The position numbers were made by a program, and so were the translations under genes. Under the pieces are notes generated by a model, which saw only the letters and a program-made list of their open reading frames with translations, was not told the origin of the DNA and did not search any database. From the NCBI RefSeq assembly GCF_009834535.1, contig NC_045697.1:95110001-95174000 (forward strand): 64,000 nt of DNA. Reading direction: 5' to 3'. This DNA is from Camelus ferus (lineage: Eukaryota). Positions 24,136 to 37,995 of the stretch are shown here, one piece after another. The stretch's first letter is position 1. Each line of letters starts with the position of its first letter.

Positions 24136-27100
24136 TTAAATAGTATTTGTTTTTACTTTTAAAATTTCTGTACTGTAGACATATGCTAAAAATTGTAAAA
24201 TTTTTAAAAATCTGCATAAACCTTGTTGAAATATTTTATTCCTTTTCTCAAATAATTTCAATTGATTAATGTAGTTGAACAAATATTTCTCAAAATTAAA
24301 TGATATGGATGACATGTCTTAAGAGTTCGTGTCATTCCATAACTTTATGATATATATTTAATATCTATCAAAAACATTTGCATGGTTCTACTATGCAGAT
24401 TTATTTTCCTTCATGATTCTGAAAATATGAATATAGTTAGATGATAATCAGTTTTCATTGCAAAGAATATCAATTCTGTATAATTAAAAAGAATAAAATA
24501 TACAAGCATTTCATATAAATTTTCTCTTTATAATTTGAAGTATTAGATTTTATGAAGCCTTAATTACCACATGTTCCAATTGCATTACTAAATATATGTT
24601 AAAATATCTATTGTTTAGAAAGTGTAAATGTTTTAAAATTCACCATATACTTAACTCATTCAAATAAATACTATGATAATATATTTGAATAAACAACTTA
24701 AAACAATCTTAATGCCTGATTTGTAATCTTAAAAGTGTGTCCTTACTATATACATGCCTCTTTTCTTATATGTTTTAAAACGTATGAACAAATAAAATGC
24801 AGTTTTATTGTTTCCAAAACTTTGTTTTAGATTTAGATGTCACAACTTTGTGTGAAATTGTCATTGAACTGGACATAGTTTAGATCTAAAGACATAATGA
24901 AACTGGAAGTGTAAGATAAGCCTTTATTAGTATATTGTTATGGAAGAATTTAGATTCTGATTTGTATCTGCATGTATAATAAAAAAAGTTGTGCCAATTA
25001 CTGAGTTAATTTGGGAACCAAACATGTTTTAGCTTAAATAAGTTGAATTTTCCAGGCAAAAGCTTTCTTTAATTGCATTTAATCAATTATCTTTATAAAT
25101 AAATGTTCACCTATGTACTGCTAGCTTTAAAAGAGTAAACAAAATCATTGAAAATATTTCTATTTAAACATTGATAACATCTTTCACGTTACATATTGTT
25201 CATATCTACGTAATGGGATAAATCTGGTTTGCAGAGGAACAGAAAGCTGCATAGAGGTAGCATATTTTAATGGAATAATTCAACCTTACGAACATTTAGT
25301 TCCACAATTCCTAAAGACACTGAGTAGGGTGGCATAAAGATGTTACCTAAAGTTACCTGTTAGTATTCACCAAAACTGCTTCATTGGTATTCCCCCATAG
25401 CCTCTTTTTTTTTTTCCTATGGCAGGTACTTTGAATTATGAAAAAAAGTGCTTATGATATTTACCCCCCTTCTAACTAAGTAATAAAAAGAGTCACAGAG
25501 AAACAAACTCTTAACATTTCTCTTCCTCAGCTGCTTTCCCTGTCTTTGGTAAGACAGATACATAGCTGTCTATACTTCTCAGAAAGACTTTTGGAAATTT
25601 CACATGAATAACCACAGTCCTGTCACAATTTATGGTTTATTTTTAGTAAAAGATTACTATTCAGACCAGTACTACTGAACAATAGCTAGAAATGAAGACC
25701 ACATTAAGATTTTGAAACAGTACATCATTTAGAAATCTATCACACAAGATATAATACCCAACAAACAAATATATAAATTAATTTTGACAAGTGGAAATTC
25801 TTAAACTGGAATAGATTATCTATCCCATTGTGGTAGCAAACATTGCTTTAACTAGACAAAAGGTTGCAGAGAATACGTTATCATGTCTCATGCTGAAATT
25901 CTTACTCTTTCTCATGGAATTGGGTGTTTTCAATTTCTAGCTATACTACTATCACAGCAGTCTAACCTGAAAGCCTTTCAAAGGAGTGGCTCACATGAAT
26001 AATGATATTTATAGCTTCTCCTATGGTACTTACAGTATACTTTCCAAGTGAGAAATACAAACTTTTCCATCTGTGAATAGAATTTCTTTAGCCAAAAACT
26101 AGTAACAGCAATGTTACTTGGTAACCTGGAACATTGTTTTCCTTTCACTGGCCTCTGACTGTAACAGAGACATTCAGGGCTGACCTGGTGCAGACAGATC
26201 TCCATTGCCATCTAAAGACAATCGCAAGCTCTCCTGGATGTCAAAGCCTAGTTTTAATAACTGGTGCTTATTTAATCCAGACAAATGCAGCTCTTTAAAT
26301 GATTGGCAGCTTACAGTCTGCCAGATCTGCCAGCTGTTATCTTTCAAATGAGAGTGGAAGCTAACAGCTTAATACTGTGTGGCTACAGCAGAGCATGAAG
26401 GCCATAAATATACCTCTGTAAATGGGTACAGAAAGTCTGCGTCTTCCAGTTTTATGTGGGAAACCAATTTTACATTATTCATCTGTTTTTATTCTTTTCA
26501 AAAATGTGGTTCGCTAATTTAGTTTAATATCTGTAAATCTCCAGGCATGTATTTTTCCAGTAACTTGCATCTAGAGTGCAACTTACCCTATTTTCCCTTC
26601 CAACAGATAACGTTTGGTGCAATTGAGAAAGGAAATGTGGGAGAGTGAAAGAGTCAGCCTCTGGTCCTGTTTTCACATTTCAGTTCTATTTTATCTATAC
26701 TTTGTAAACAATTGATGGTATTTTTTAGGCCATAGTGGTTATTTAATATAATAATTCAGTGTTTCCAAGGATATTAATATGGTAATTTGCTTTTAATAAC
26801 ACAGCTGCCGTTGGATATTCTCCCTTGGAAACTGATTTCATTAGGTGATGTGTTTTCATGTCACCAAAAGACAACTGACAGGTGAATGTGCAGTGTCCTG
26901 AGCTACTGCAACTGTTTATTAAACTCTTATTATATCTCAGGCAGGATCCAAGTCACTTTATAAATACATATTTTTAAAAAATATGTACATTGTAAACTCT
27001 CACAATAGTTGGTTAAGGTGTGCATTATTTTCCCATGTGTAAACTCAGTGATATAGGAAGGTCACAATAAATAAGAAACCAGTTTTTGACTTCAGTGCTG

Positions 27101-29524
27101 GTTTTTTTTTCTCATCATGAAATGTTTTCCTCCCTATCTAATAACGTCAGAGGAGGTATTTATTACATACTCTTTAATACATTTTTCGGAATTGTATCAA
27201 TCACACAATGTTAATTGCATGGCATGTATTATGATGATACTATGATTGAAGGGAAACTATCAATAACTGTCAAGAAAGTGAATTTAACATATGTTAAACT
27301 AATTTTCATGCATTGGAAATCAAAGTGCTTATGAAGAGCTGTGGTACTTACTACTGAGTGATTTAATAGGGCTGTTTTAAAGTCTTCTGATAAACTTTGA
27401 AACATCATTGTCCTTCCCTGTGCGTAGGTATGTGTGTATTGTGCTTGTCAAAGCTACTAAAGTCTTTAGCAGTCAAATGAATGGAAAGAAGTGAGAACGG
27501 CAAACGTTAGGAGACTTTGTACATAAATAAGTGCATTAATTTGATACAGTGTAGGGTAAAATTATGGGAAGACCATTTTAGGATTTTTCTAGGCAACACC
27601 AAAGGTATAACTTGTTTAACCAGAATGCATGTTCAAGGGCAGAAAACAAAATCATTTGTCCAGGCAAGAGGCTGCTACTTATGGCTTATAGTTACGAGGG
27701 CTGGAACTGCACATCTCCATTTCTGGACGTTATCCTAAGGACTAGTGTGTGCAGTGAGGCAGCACTGCTCCTATAGGGGAATCAGCAGTAGCTGAAATCA
27801 AGAGGACTGGGTTTCCAGTATGCGAGGTGGTCGTAAGGCACAAAGCCAGCAGGTTTCAGCTGTGTAGGAAACCTCTCATTACAATACACTCTGGTTCTAC
27901 AGAGGAAACTACAAGTCTGTGAGCTTCTTTTCTTTTTAAAATTCCCATTAAAATATATTGTTTTATTTTCATTAAAGAAATTTCTTTCATCTACCTTGTA
28001 AGTGATAACTCAATGCTTTTTACTGTAAATGTCTTACTCTTACTTACCTTTAGAAGTTCATATTTTTGGAAGACTCAAACTAATTTCCTGTAATCCACAC
28101 TGACAAGAAGACAACATCACAGGAGGAACTAAAATTGCATTTTCCTGTTAAATTCTTCTCTCAAGTCTCAGAATCATCTCAGATTTAGGCCTGGCTGCAC
28201 ATCCAAAATGGAGAGAACTACTACTGAATACCTCACTTCACAGAATCTGTTGGTGGAATAGGAATCCAGGGTCTGCTGCAGACACGGTTGTGTCAGGTTG
28301 TGTCATGGGCCCACCGAGGCTCCACTTTTAAAGTCCCTTAGTAAGGGAAAATTACTCCTTTGCCTTTGAACACAGACATACTTTTCAAAATCCCTCTCTC
28401 CTCACATCTTCTATTGATTGATTTTTGTTGTCCTCCCCAGACTATTAAAGTCCTATTAATTTATATCTGTTTTCATGCAAAATTTAAAATGCTTCATTTA
28501 ACCACCTTTAATTGAACTATACAAATTATATACTGAATTCATCAATCATTCCAAACCCAAGTCATTATTTCCAAAATTGCCGCCCTTTAAGTGACTTCTG
28601 TTACTTGGGCTCCTCCTGGCACACACACCTGGTTGCACCAGGCCATGTGATCTCTGTGGGGCCTTTCTTCCTGCTGAGCTCTGTGTTTGCACAGTGTTGA
28701 GATAAGTTTCCTGAACATACAGAACAGAAAGGGAAAAGTTTTATTTAAAGAAATTGTCATATAACATCATTAAATAGTTCATTTTAAATGGTTAGAAATT
28801 AAATGGGCTAATTTTTGCATGTACAATTCAGTGACTTTTAATATGAATTTGGTGTGATTCCCTAAGAGCAACAAGTGCCTCCAAATTAATCATTCCCCGA
28901 ACAAAGTGTATTTAATACATTTCGTAGGAGAACAAAATTCTGTTTGTGTATAAAACAGAAACAATGGGTTTTTCGAAAGGATGTTCTTCTCAATATAGCT
29001 TAATAAAGAGGTGATCAAATTTTGTGTTCTGAGTTCTCATTGTGACATAATTCAAATTTAACTGTCTGAAGAAAGAAATATTTTAATACAGTTACAAGAG
29101 TTACATGTCACTCCCCATATATATGGAGAATGTATACTTCTCCATATGAAACATTTTAAACAGTTCTTATAATGATTTTATCCTGATTTTACCAACTAGA
29201 TTCAGGACTAAATGTTCTGTGAAGAGAACATAATAATCTTGTATACACAGTACTAGTAACGTTGACTATAGAGCTAAGTATGTAGTAGTCCCTAGTAGAT
29301 ATATTTTTGGATAAAAATGATCTATGTGAAGCAAGATAAACTGATCTTTAATAAATTTTCCTCAACTATTAAATATCTCATATGACATTCTGACAATAAC
29401 TGAATGTCAGACACAGATTAAGACATTTGAGAGCAGATATTATTTGTTAATGCTATGAGTCCAAGTATATAAATAACCTTAATTAATAAATAAGTAACCT
29501 TAGTAAAAGTACATCACCACATAT

Positions 29525-32500
29525 TTTAAATAAACTTTAATTTGGAATTTTTAGAATGTTTTTGAGATTTATAGAAAAATTGCAAGATATTACAACCAGT
29601 TCTCATTTACCCTGCACCAAATTTCCTTTATTATTAAAATCTTATATTGGTATGGTACATTTGTCATAATAATGAATTAACTGACTCATTATCATTGACA
29701 AATCTATACGTTAGTCCTAGTTCCTTAGATTTTATCGAATGTCATTTTCTGTTAGAGCATCCTATGCAGAATACAGCATGACATTTAGTTGTCAGATCTC
29801 TGAAGTCTTATCTGTGATGGTTTCTCAGACTTTCCTGGTTTTTAATGACCCTGACATTTTTGAGAGTAGGTATTTTATATAATGCTCCTCAATTGGGATT
29901 TGTCTAATGTTTTTTTTTCATGAGTACCCTGGGGTTGTGAATTTGGGGGAGGAAGGTCACAGAGGAAGCATGACATTTTCTTTACCTCATATCAAGGGTA
30001 CGTGCTATCAACAAGATTTATCACTGTTGATGCTAACCTTGGTCACCTGGCTGAAGCAGTTTGTCGGGTTTCTCCAATATGAAATTACTCTTTATTCTTT
30101 TCCTTCTTCCAAAATATACTCTTTCCAAGGAAGTCACTACAGGCAGTCCACACATATGGAGTGGGGAGGTCTGTGCTCCCTCCCTGAGGGCACAGTATCC
30201 ACATATGTGTTTGGAATTCTGTTGCATTAGAGATTTATCTCTATCCTTCTGTTATTCATTTATTTAACTGTTTATTTATATCAGGGTGGAATCAAGCATG
30301 GGTTATAACTCAGTTCAGCTTTATTGATTTAGTTGATCAAATTGTTTCCCTGCTTTGGCTGTTGGGAGCTCTTTCTGTGGAATTCTCTGTTGAATTCCTA
30401 GAACTTTTACAAACCTCCATCACTTGTGTGTAGGGTTTTTTGCCTTTTAATTTATTTTCTTCTTTTTTGAGCTTTTCCTCATTTTCTGGCATGATAAGGT
30501 GCTCCAGGCTCATCTTACATATCTCCTGTCCTATCCTAAGATTAGTCATTTCTTCAAGGTGCCCTGTTTTTTTTTTTTTACTAAAGAGTGGAATCAGAAG
30601 CCAAGGTTCACGTGCTAGGGGTACTTATTACAATGAGCACGTCATTGTTTCTAGGCCCTCTCAACAGACAGACAAGGAAATATATGTGTGAATACTAACC
30701 TACGTGTACATATAAATCCATAAATATTTCTCTAAGTATACATCTGAACTTATAATAGTTTAACATGAATTCATACTGAGATCTTTAACTCTGTTTGATT
30801 ACTCTATGGGATATTCTGGCTTCTTCCTCTTGCTTCTCTGTAAGCTCTCACTGAAATAGTGGAAAAACGTGGCTTTCACTGTCAGTCATCCATTTACTCA
30901 TTTTTCAACATATATAGCAATATCAGAATTCTTCATCCCTAACCTTATGTGGCACGCCATTATCAGCTCGAGTACAGTGCTGACGTGAAGCTTCTTTTGT
31001 CTTTAAATTTACTTATGCTGTTCATTTCCAAAGTGCACTTGGTCAACCCATTTTCCCCTGTTCCCTTCAGCATGGTTATTTCAGACACTTTTAACACAGT
31101 TACGTGTTTTGCCCTATTCTACATTCCTTCCTGGGATCCCTCAGCCTCCTAAATAATTTTTTTAATTTGCATACATTAAGGTTTGTACTGTAAGATACTA
31201 CTCATTTTGACCAATGGACAATGTCATGTACTCACAAATACAATAACATAACATAACAGGGATAGTTACCACTTTAAAACATCCCCTGTGTTTCACCCAT
31301 TCAGATTTACTGTGACAATGAGAAATCCCTGGGAACTATCAGTCTTTTTACTGTCTCCACGGTTTGGACATTTTCAGGTTATTATATAAGAAGAACTATA
31401 TAATTTGTAGTCTTTTTAATTTGGCTTCTTTCACTTAGCAATATGCATGTACAGTTGATCCACAACTTTTTGTAGCTTAATAACTCATTTTTATTTCTCA
31501 ATAATATTCCATTTTATTTTTGTGCCACATATTGTTTATCCATTTATCTATTAATACTTATTGGTGTCTTCCTTTTTTAATAATTATGAATACAGCTGCT
31601 ATAAATATTCATGTGTAGATGTAACATTTCAAATCAGTTGGCTAAATATCTAGGATCATAATTGCAAGATCATATGGCAAGACTATGTTTAGCTTTCTAA
31701 GAAACTGCCAAATTGTCTTCCAAAGTCTTGCATTTTGTATTTCCTCTAACAGTAAATTAGAGTTCCTGTTGGCCTGCATCCTTGCCAGAAATTGGTAATA
31801 TCAATATTTTTTTTAAATTTTAGACATTGTAATAGTTATATAGCTGTGTTTCATTGTTGTTTTAATTAAAAATTCCCTAATAACTTATGATGTGGAGCAA
31901 CTTTCATACTTCATTTTCCAACTGTTTATATTCTTTGGTGATGTCCCTAAAGTACTCTTTTGCTTATTTTAAATTTCGTTGCTTATTTTCTTATTGTTGA
32001 GGTATAAAATTTCTCTGCATATTTTGATTCTAAGACCTTTATCAAAAATGTCTTTAGAAAATACATTCTCCCAGTCTGTGGCTTGACTTTTGATCCTAAT
32101 AACTGTGTATTTCAGAGAACATAAATTTGTAATTTTAATGAAATTCAACTTTCCAATTTTTTTTATATGAATGTCACTTTTCAGTTTGTATCTAAAAATT
32201 CATCATCAAAGTCACGGTCATCTAGATTGTCTCCTTTGTTTTCTACTAAGAAATTTGTGTTTTTACCTTTTAATCTTAGATAATGATCAATTTTTGAGAT
32301 AATTTTATGAAAGGTATAAAATTTGTGCCTAAGTTTATTCTGTGTTTTGAATATTAATGTCCAATTCCTCTGGTAGCATTTGTTGAAAAGACTGTCCTTT
32401 ATTGAATTGCCTGTGCTCCTTTGTCAAAGATCAGCTGTCTATATTTGTGTTGTGTATTTATGAGCTTTTTTTTCTGTTCCATGGATCAGTGTTTCAATTG

Positions 32501-35420
32501 TTTCTCCAAACCAGCTGTCTTGACTAATGTAGCTTTATACAAGTTCTTGAAACTGATAATGCAAGTCCTTTAATTTTTTTCACCTTTAGTATTTTGTTGG
32601 CTATTCTGGGTCCCTAGCCTTTCCATATAAACTTCACAATCAGCTTGTCAATATCCACAAATAAAAATGTGTTGTGATTTTGACTGAGATGGTGCTGAAC
32701 CTATAGATCAGTTGGGAAAAACCGACACATAACAATACCGAGTCTTCCAAACCATAAGCATGAAATATCTCACCAGTTCTTTACACCTTCTTTTTCTCTT
32801 TCACTAGAATTTTGTAAATTTGTGTATTTTGATTCTGTACATATTTTGTTAGATTTACTCCTATGTAATTCATTGTTCTTGGTACTATTGTTATTGGTAT
32901 TTTAGAATTTCAGATTCCAGTGGTTCATTGCTTGAATATAGGGAAGCGATTAAATTTTGAATATTAACCTTACATCTAACAACTTTACAGTACCTTTTTA
33001 TTAGTTCCAAGAAATTTTTTCGTCAGTTCTTTGGGATTTTTTTATATTATTTATGAAGAGAGACAGTTTTATTTATTTCTAATCTCTATACAATTTATTT
33101 ACTTTTCTTGTGTAAATAGACTAACTAAAATGTTGAATAGGAGTGGTGAGAGACATGATATCCTTGTATTGTTTCTGATCTTAGGGATGAAGCATCTGGT
33201 TTCTCACCATTACGTTTGATATTAGCTGTAGGGTTGTAGATGTATTATTTTAAATGGATGGAATTCTCTCCTACTTCTAGTTTTCTGAGTTTTGTAAAAT
33301 CATCAATGGGTGATATTTATTTTTTATATTATTGATCCAGTGGATTATATTGCTTGATTATTGTTGCTATAGTGTTGAACTGGCCTTGTATAAGTGGAAT
33401 AAATTCCACCTGGTCATGGTGTATAATTCTTTTAATCTAGTGTTGAATTCAGTCTTGCTAATATTGTCTGAAGAATGTTTGCATCTATTTTCATGAAATA
33501 CTGGTTTTCAATGAGCCTTTCTTGTAATGTCTTTATCTTATTTTGACATGAGAGTAATGCTGATGTCAGAATGAATTAGGAAGGGCTCACTTTGGTTTTA
33601 TTCGTTGGAAAATGTTGTGAGGAATTAGTCATCACATCTTCCTTAAATGTTTGGTAGAATTCACCAGTAAAAATATTTGAGTTTAATGCTTTCTTTTTTT
33701 GTAAGGCTATTAATTGTTGGTTCAATCTCTTGAGCAGATACAGCTCTATTGAGATTATCTATTTCGCCTTGTGTGTGTTTTGGTTGATTTTGTCTTTGAG
33801 GGAATTGGTCTGTCTCATCTGAGTTAGCATATTTGTGAACACTGAGTTATTAATAGTATTCTTTATCAACTCTTTAATGTCCATGAGATCATTAGTAATA
33901 ACTACTTTCATTTTGATATTAATTTGTAATTTCTTTCTTGATTTCATTGGATAGCATGACTAGAGGTTTATCAGTTTTATTGATATTTTCAAAGGATTAG
34001 CTTTTACTTTCATTCATTTTATATTGATTTCCTGATTTCAAATTCATTGATTTCTACTCTTTTTTATTATTTATTTTCCTCTACTTAAGGTGGTCTTCTT
34101 TCCAAAATTTCCTAAGGCAGAGGCTTTGATTACTGATTTTAGATCTTTCTACTTTTCTAATATATGCATTTAATTCTAAAGCCTTAGAACTAATTTCTTA
34201 TAAAGTTTGATTTTTTATGTTTTATATTTTTAAATAATTTTTAAAAATTTACTTCAGATTTCTTCTTTGACTCATGTATTATTTAGAAGTGTGTTATTTA
34301 ATCTCTGAATATTTGGGATTTCCATCTTTCTGTTATTAATTTATAATTTAATTCCATGTAGTAAGAGCATACTTTGTTTTCTATTCTTTTAATATTTTAA
34401 GGTATATTTTATAGCTCAGAGTGTGTTTCCTTAGTGACTATTGCATATGAGCTTGAGAAAAATGTGTATTCTCCTGTTCTTGGGTGGAGTATTCTATAAT
34501 TGTCAATTAGAGTATCTTGATTGATTGTGCTATTTACGTCAACTGTATCTTTTCTGATTTTTTGCCTGCTTGATCTATGAATTACTAAAAGAGGGAAGCT
34601 AAGGCATCCAACTATAATAGTAGGTTCGTCTATTTCTCTTTGCAGTTCTTTCAGTTTTGCCTCATGTACTTCGATTCTGTACTCTCAGATAGATGCATAT
34701 TTAAGATTGTTATATCTTTTTGGAGAATTGACAAATTGACCCATTTATCATTATGCAACACTCCTCTTAATCTCCCATCATTTTTCTTGTTCTCAAATTT
34801 GTTTCATCTGAAATTATTATAACAACTTCAGCTTTCATTTGATTAGTGTTAGCATGATAATATTTTGCCATTCCTTTACTTTTAACCAATGTGTTTATTT
34901 TACACTTAAAGTGGATTTCTAATTAAGATATAATTGGACCTTTTTAATCCACTCTGACAATCTCTGTCTTTAATTAGTATACTTATACATTCATGTATGG
35001 AGATTATTGATATAGTTGAATTAACTTCTAACATGTTACTATTTTTTTCCCTGCATTTGTTTTATGTTTCTGACATCTCTTCTTTAAATTGAGCCTTTTA
35101 TTTGATTCTTTCTTAGCATATCAGTATCCTTCTTTTTAAACATTTAGGTGGGTGCTCTCGGGTCTACAATACACATTTTTCTAACATAGCTTAATCTTCA
35201 AATAATGCTATACTGCTTCACAGTTAGTTCATGTGCTTTATAATAAAGTATTCCAAGTTCCTTTGCCTAAGCCTTTATGATTTTGATGTTATTTGTTTCA
35301 CTGATACATATTATAAATTCTAAACCATTGTCACTATTTCTTTAATCAAAGAATTATCTTTTGATCAATTAAGAATAAAAAAAATGTTTTTACCTCTATT
35401 CATTCTCTCATGTTCTTTAT
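29525..35420 (-). mobile_element. Long old L1 (L1MC/L1MD-class) with extended 3'UTR and most of ORF2
   Basis: 3' end ttttgagatttatagaaaaattgcaagatattaca...; antisense ORF2 hallmarks (aagaaactgccaaattgtcttccaaa, ttctcccagtctgtggcttg, gttgaataggagtggtgagag, tttggtagaattcaccagt, tccaactataatagtagg, ttaatccactctgacaatctctgtc). Confidence 0.9.
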
Positions 35421-37471
35421 GTAAATCTATTTTTTCTTCTGAATCTAGAACTAAATAAATTAGACTATTTTCTTAAATAACTTTGAAGATGACTTCAGTT
35501 TGAAATAGTATGTTATCTTCCTTCTACAGAAAATTTAGCCAATACATCTTTGAATCATTTACCTTTTATATGTTCATTTTTTATTATTAATAAATATATC
35601 CAAATATAATTACAGAAGTCAATTTCTATTCTTCAGATAGTGAAAAAAGTGTTGTTCTAATTGGTGAAAGCATAGGTTTTATTAAAGGTGTTAAAAATAT
35701 ACAGAAGGTGAAATGATGTTTACACAGGAGATTAATGACTAGACCTCAGGACACATATTTGTTACAGATATGCAGGAACAGAGATGGTGTTCTCTCCATC
35801 TACCTCAGTTCTTCTGTTGTTGTTTGCTGTTCTAAATAAGAAAATTGTAGCCAGTAAACATTTTATCCTTTCAGGGTTCTGGTTTTTGTGGTTTATCTCT
35901 TTTCTACGTTTGTAATTTCCAATCTGGCAACCCATTTCTCTTTTCTCCTTGGAACGTAAAGTAATGATCATTAAAAACAATGATTTGGCTTCCATATTTG
36001 AAAAAAATAGTTTGGATGAAGAAGAATAAGGATTAAATTGGGGATGGTTTGATCCTTTCACTAAGGCAGCATTAGTTTAAAAGTACCTCTCTTTGTAACC
36101 CAAAATATAGTTTATTTTGTCATTTTTTTCCCTTATGAATTTTCTAGTCAGCCAGTTTGAAAAGACAATCCAGTTCTTTACTCCAAAACAGCATAAGCTT
36201 TATAAGCTTTCTGTAATGTTCACATCTGGTTTTTTTTTTGTTGTTGTTGTTTTTCCCCCCAAGCATTCTAAGTAAACATTTGTGAAAACTCTTTTCCTGA
36301 GATATGGTGAACTAGTTGGATGGCACACAATGACTGGAGATCTCCGTTTCTCATTAAGTATCTTTGTTTACAGCATCATTTAGTTTAGTCATTGTTTTTC
36401 ATGATGTATTTTGTGGTGAATTGTCACCCTTAATATTCTTTTTTTTGGTATTGAATGTCTCCATGGGTCATGAATGGGATAGTAAGTACCAGACAGTCTG
36501 ACTCCAGAAAAGTAGAAAGCTTTTATAAAAGGATTTCTATTTACTGCAAGATTTCTATTAGTGCACAATGGCCAAATAAAAAAATACAGTCAGCAAGAAT
36601 AATAGTGTATAAAGTTGTGGCATAGTGCACTAGACACATATAGAATACTTCAATAAGTATAATGATTTTTATTTGTTAGCATTAATTTATTAAAAGAAAA
36701 TAAGCATGCATACCAAATCCCTAATTTACAGGTTAGCTAAAATTTAAAAAAGAAAAAGTCAAAGATTCTTGTCATACAAAGTTATATATTTTTAAAATCT
36801 CAACTTTCAGAGATCAATTATATGGATTAATATTAAGCTATTAAGATATTAATTTATGTTTCTTATTTGGATATAAAGAGACTGAAAATCACTTTATTAA
36901 CCAAGGTTGAAATATCCAGAAGTTTAGAAATCTTTCTACTTCTATTTAATACTTACTGCTCTTAAGTTATCATATGTATTCTTTGTAGCTTCACACATGT
37001 AGCCTACATTTCCCATTACCTCAAATAATACTTATTTTTGATTTGTTAACCTATCAGTTCCATAAGGACTCTTCAGAAATATTTAGTTTTATAAGATAGT
37101 AGATTCCCAGAAAAAATTTAATGATCTGAAAAAAATATTTAATAAAAAATCACAGAAAAACAAATACACTTTAAAGCTAATTTGGTCTCATATGGTATCA
37201 TATTATTGTATTGTTACACACATATCAATATTTATGTAAGAGAGGAGCTGAATGATTTTGTGGCAAAATTCCAAAAATAATCATTATCTGTGCACTTTGA
37301 TACAGAAAAGAGAGGTTAAAAATTTATTAAAGCTCTGAATTAATATTCCTTGAAATATATTACAACTATAGAAATTAACTATAATTTTATAACAGTCTGT
37401 ACTAAATGAATAGCCTAGATATTTCTCCATACCCTTTATCCACTTCTTTCATCTGTTCTTTGGATAAGTAC

Positions 37472-37995
37472 TGTATAAGTCAGGGTTCTCTGGAGAAACG
37501 GATCAACATAATGTGTGTGTGTGTCTGTGTGTGTGTGTGTGTGTGTTCTCAAAACAACATAAAGTGTAAAGAAAGATTAGCTAAACTTTGCTTAGGTGAT
37601 AAAAACCATTATTGTCTAGGTTTATGCAGCCACTTACCTAAGTTGCTTTCATATATAAATATGAATTGGCTTGTAGAATTATGGAAGATGGCAAGTCTGA
37701 AAACTGCAGGGTGGGCTGACAGGCTAGAGAACCGCAGTTGAGACCCAAAATCAGTCTGCTGCGGACTTCCTTTTGCTGAGGGTGGGGGATTGGGATGGTG
37801 ATCTTTTGTTCTTTTCAGATAGTCAGCTGATTAGAGTAGACCCACCCACATTATTTAGGGCATTCTGCTTTACTCACAGTCCACTGATTTAAGTGTAATA
37901 TTGTCCAAAAACACTCACAGAAACATCAAGAATATTTGACCAAATATCTGGTTACTATAACCCAGAAAATTTGACACATAAAATTAACCATTATA
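37472..37995 (-). mobile_element. MLT2-type solo LTR with internal (TG)n and a ~100-bp foreign insert
   Basis: tgtataagtcagggttctctggagaaac ... ttgacacataaaattaaccattata; perfect 5-bp TSD agtac (37467-37471 / 37996-38000). Confidence 0.85.

Noticed and set aside
29907..30691. ORFs of 64-107 aa
   Set aside because: All lie within the 3'UTR of the old L1
35762..36061. Minus-strand 99-aa ORF and a casein-like mini-exon (xQQTTTEEL, ~35804-35831)
   Set aside because: Weak donor (gtagat), no signal-peptide exon or companion exons, no recognisable homology
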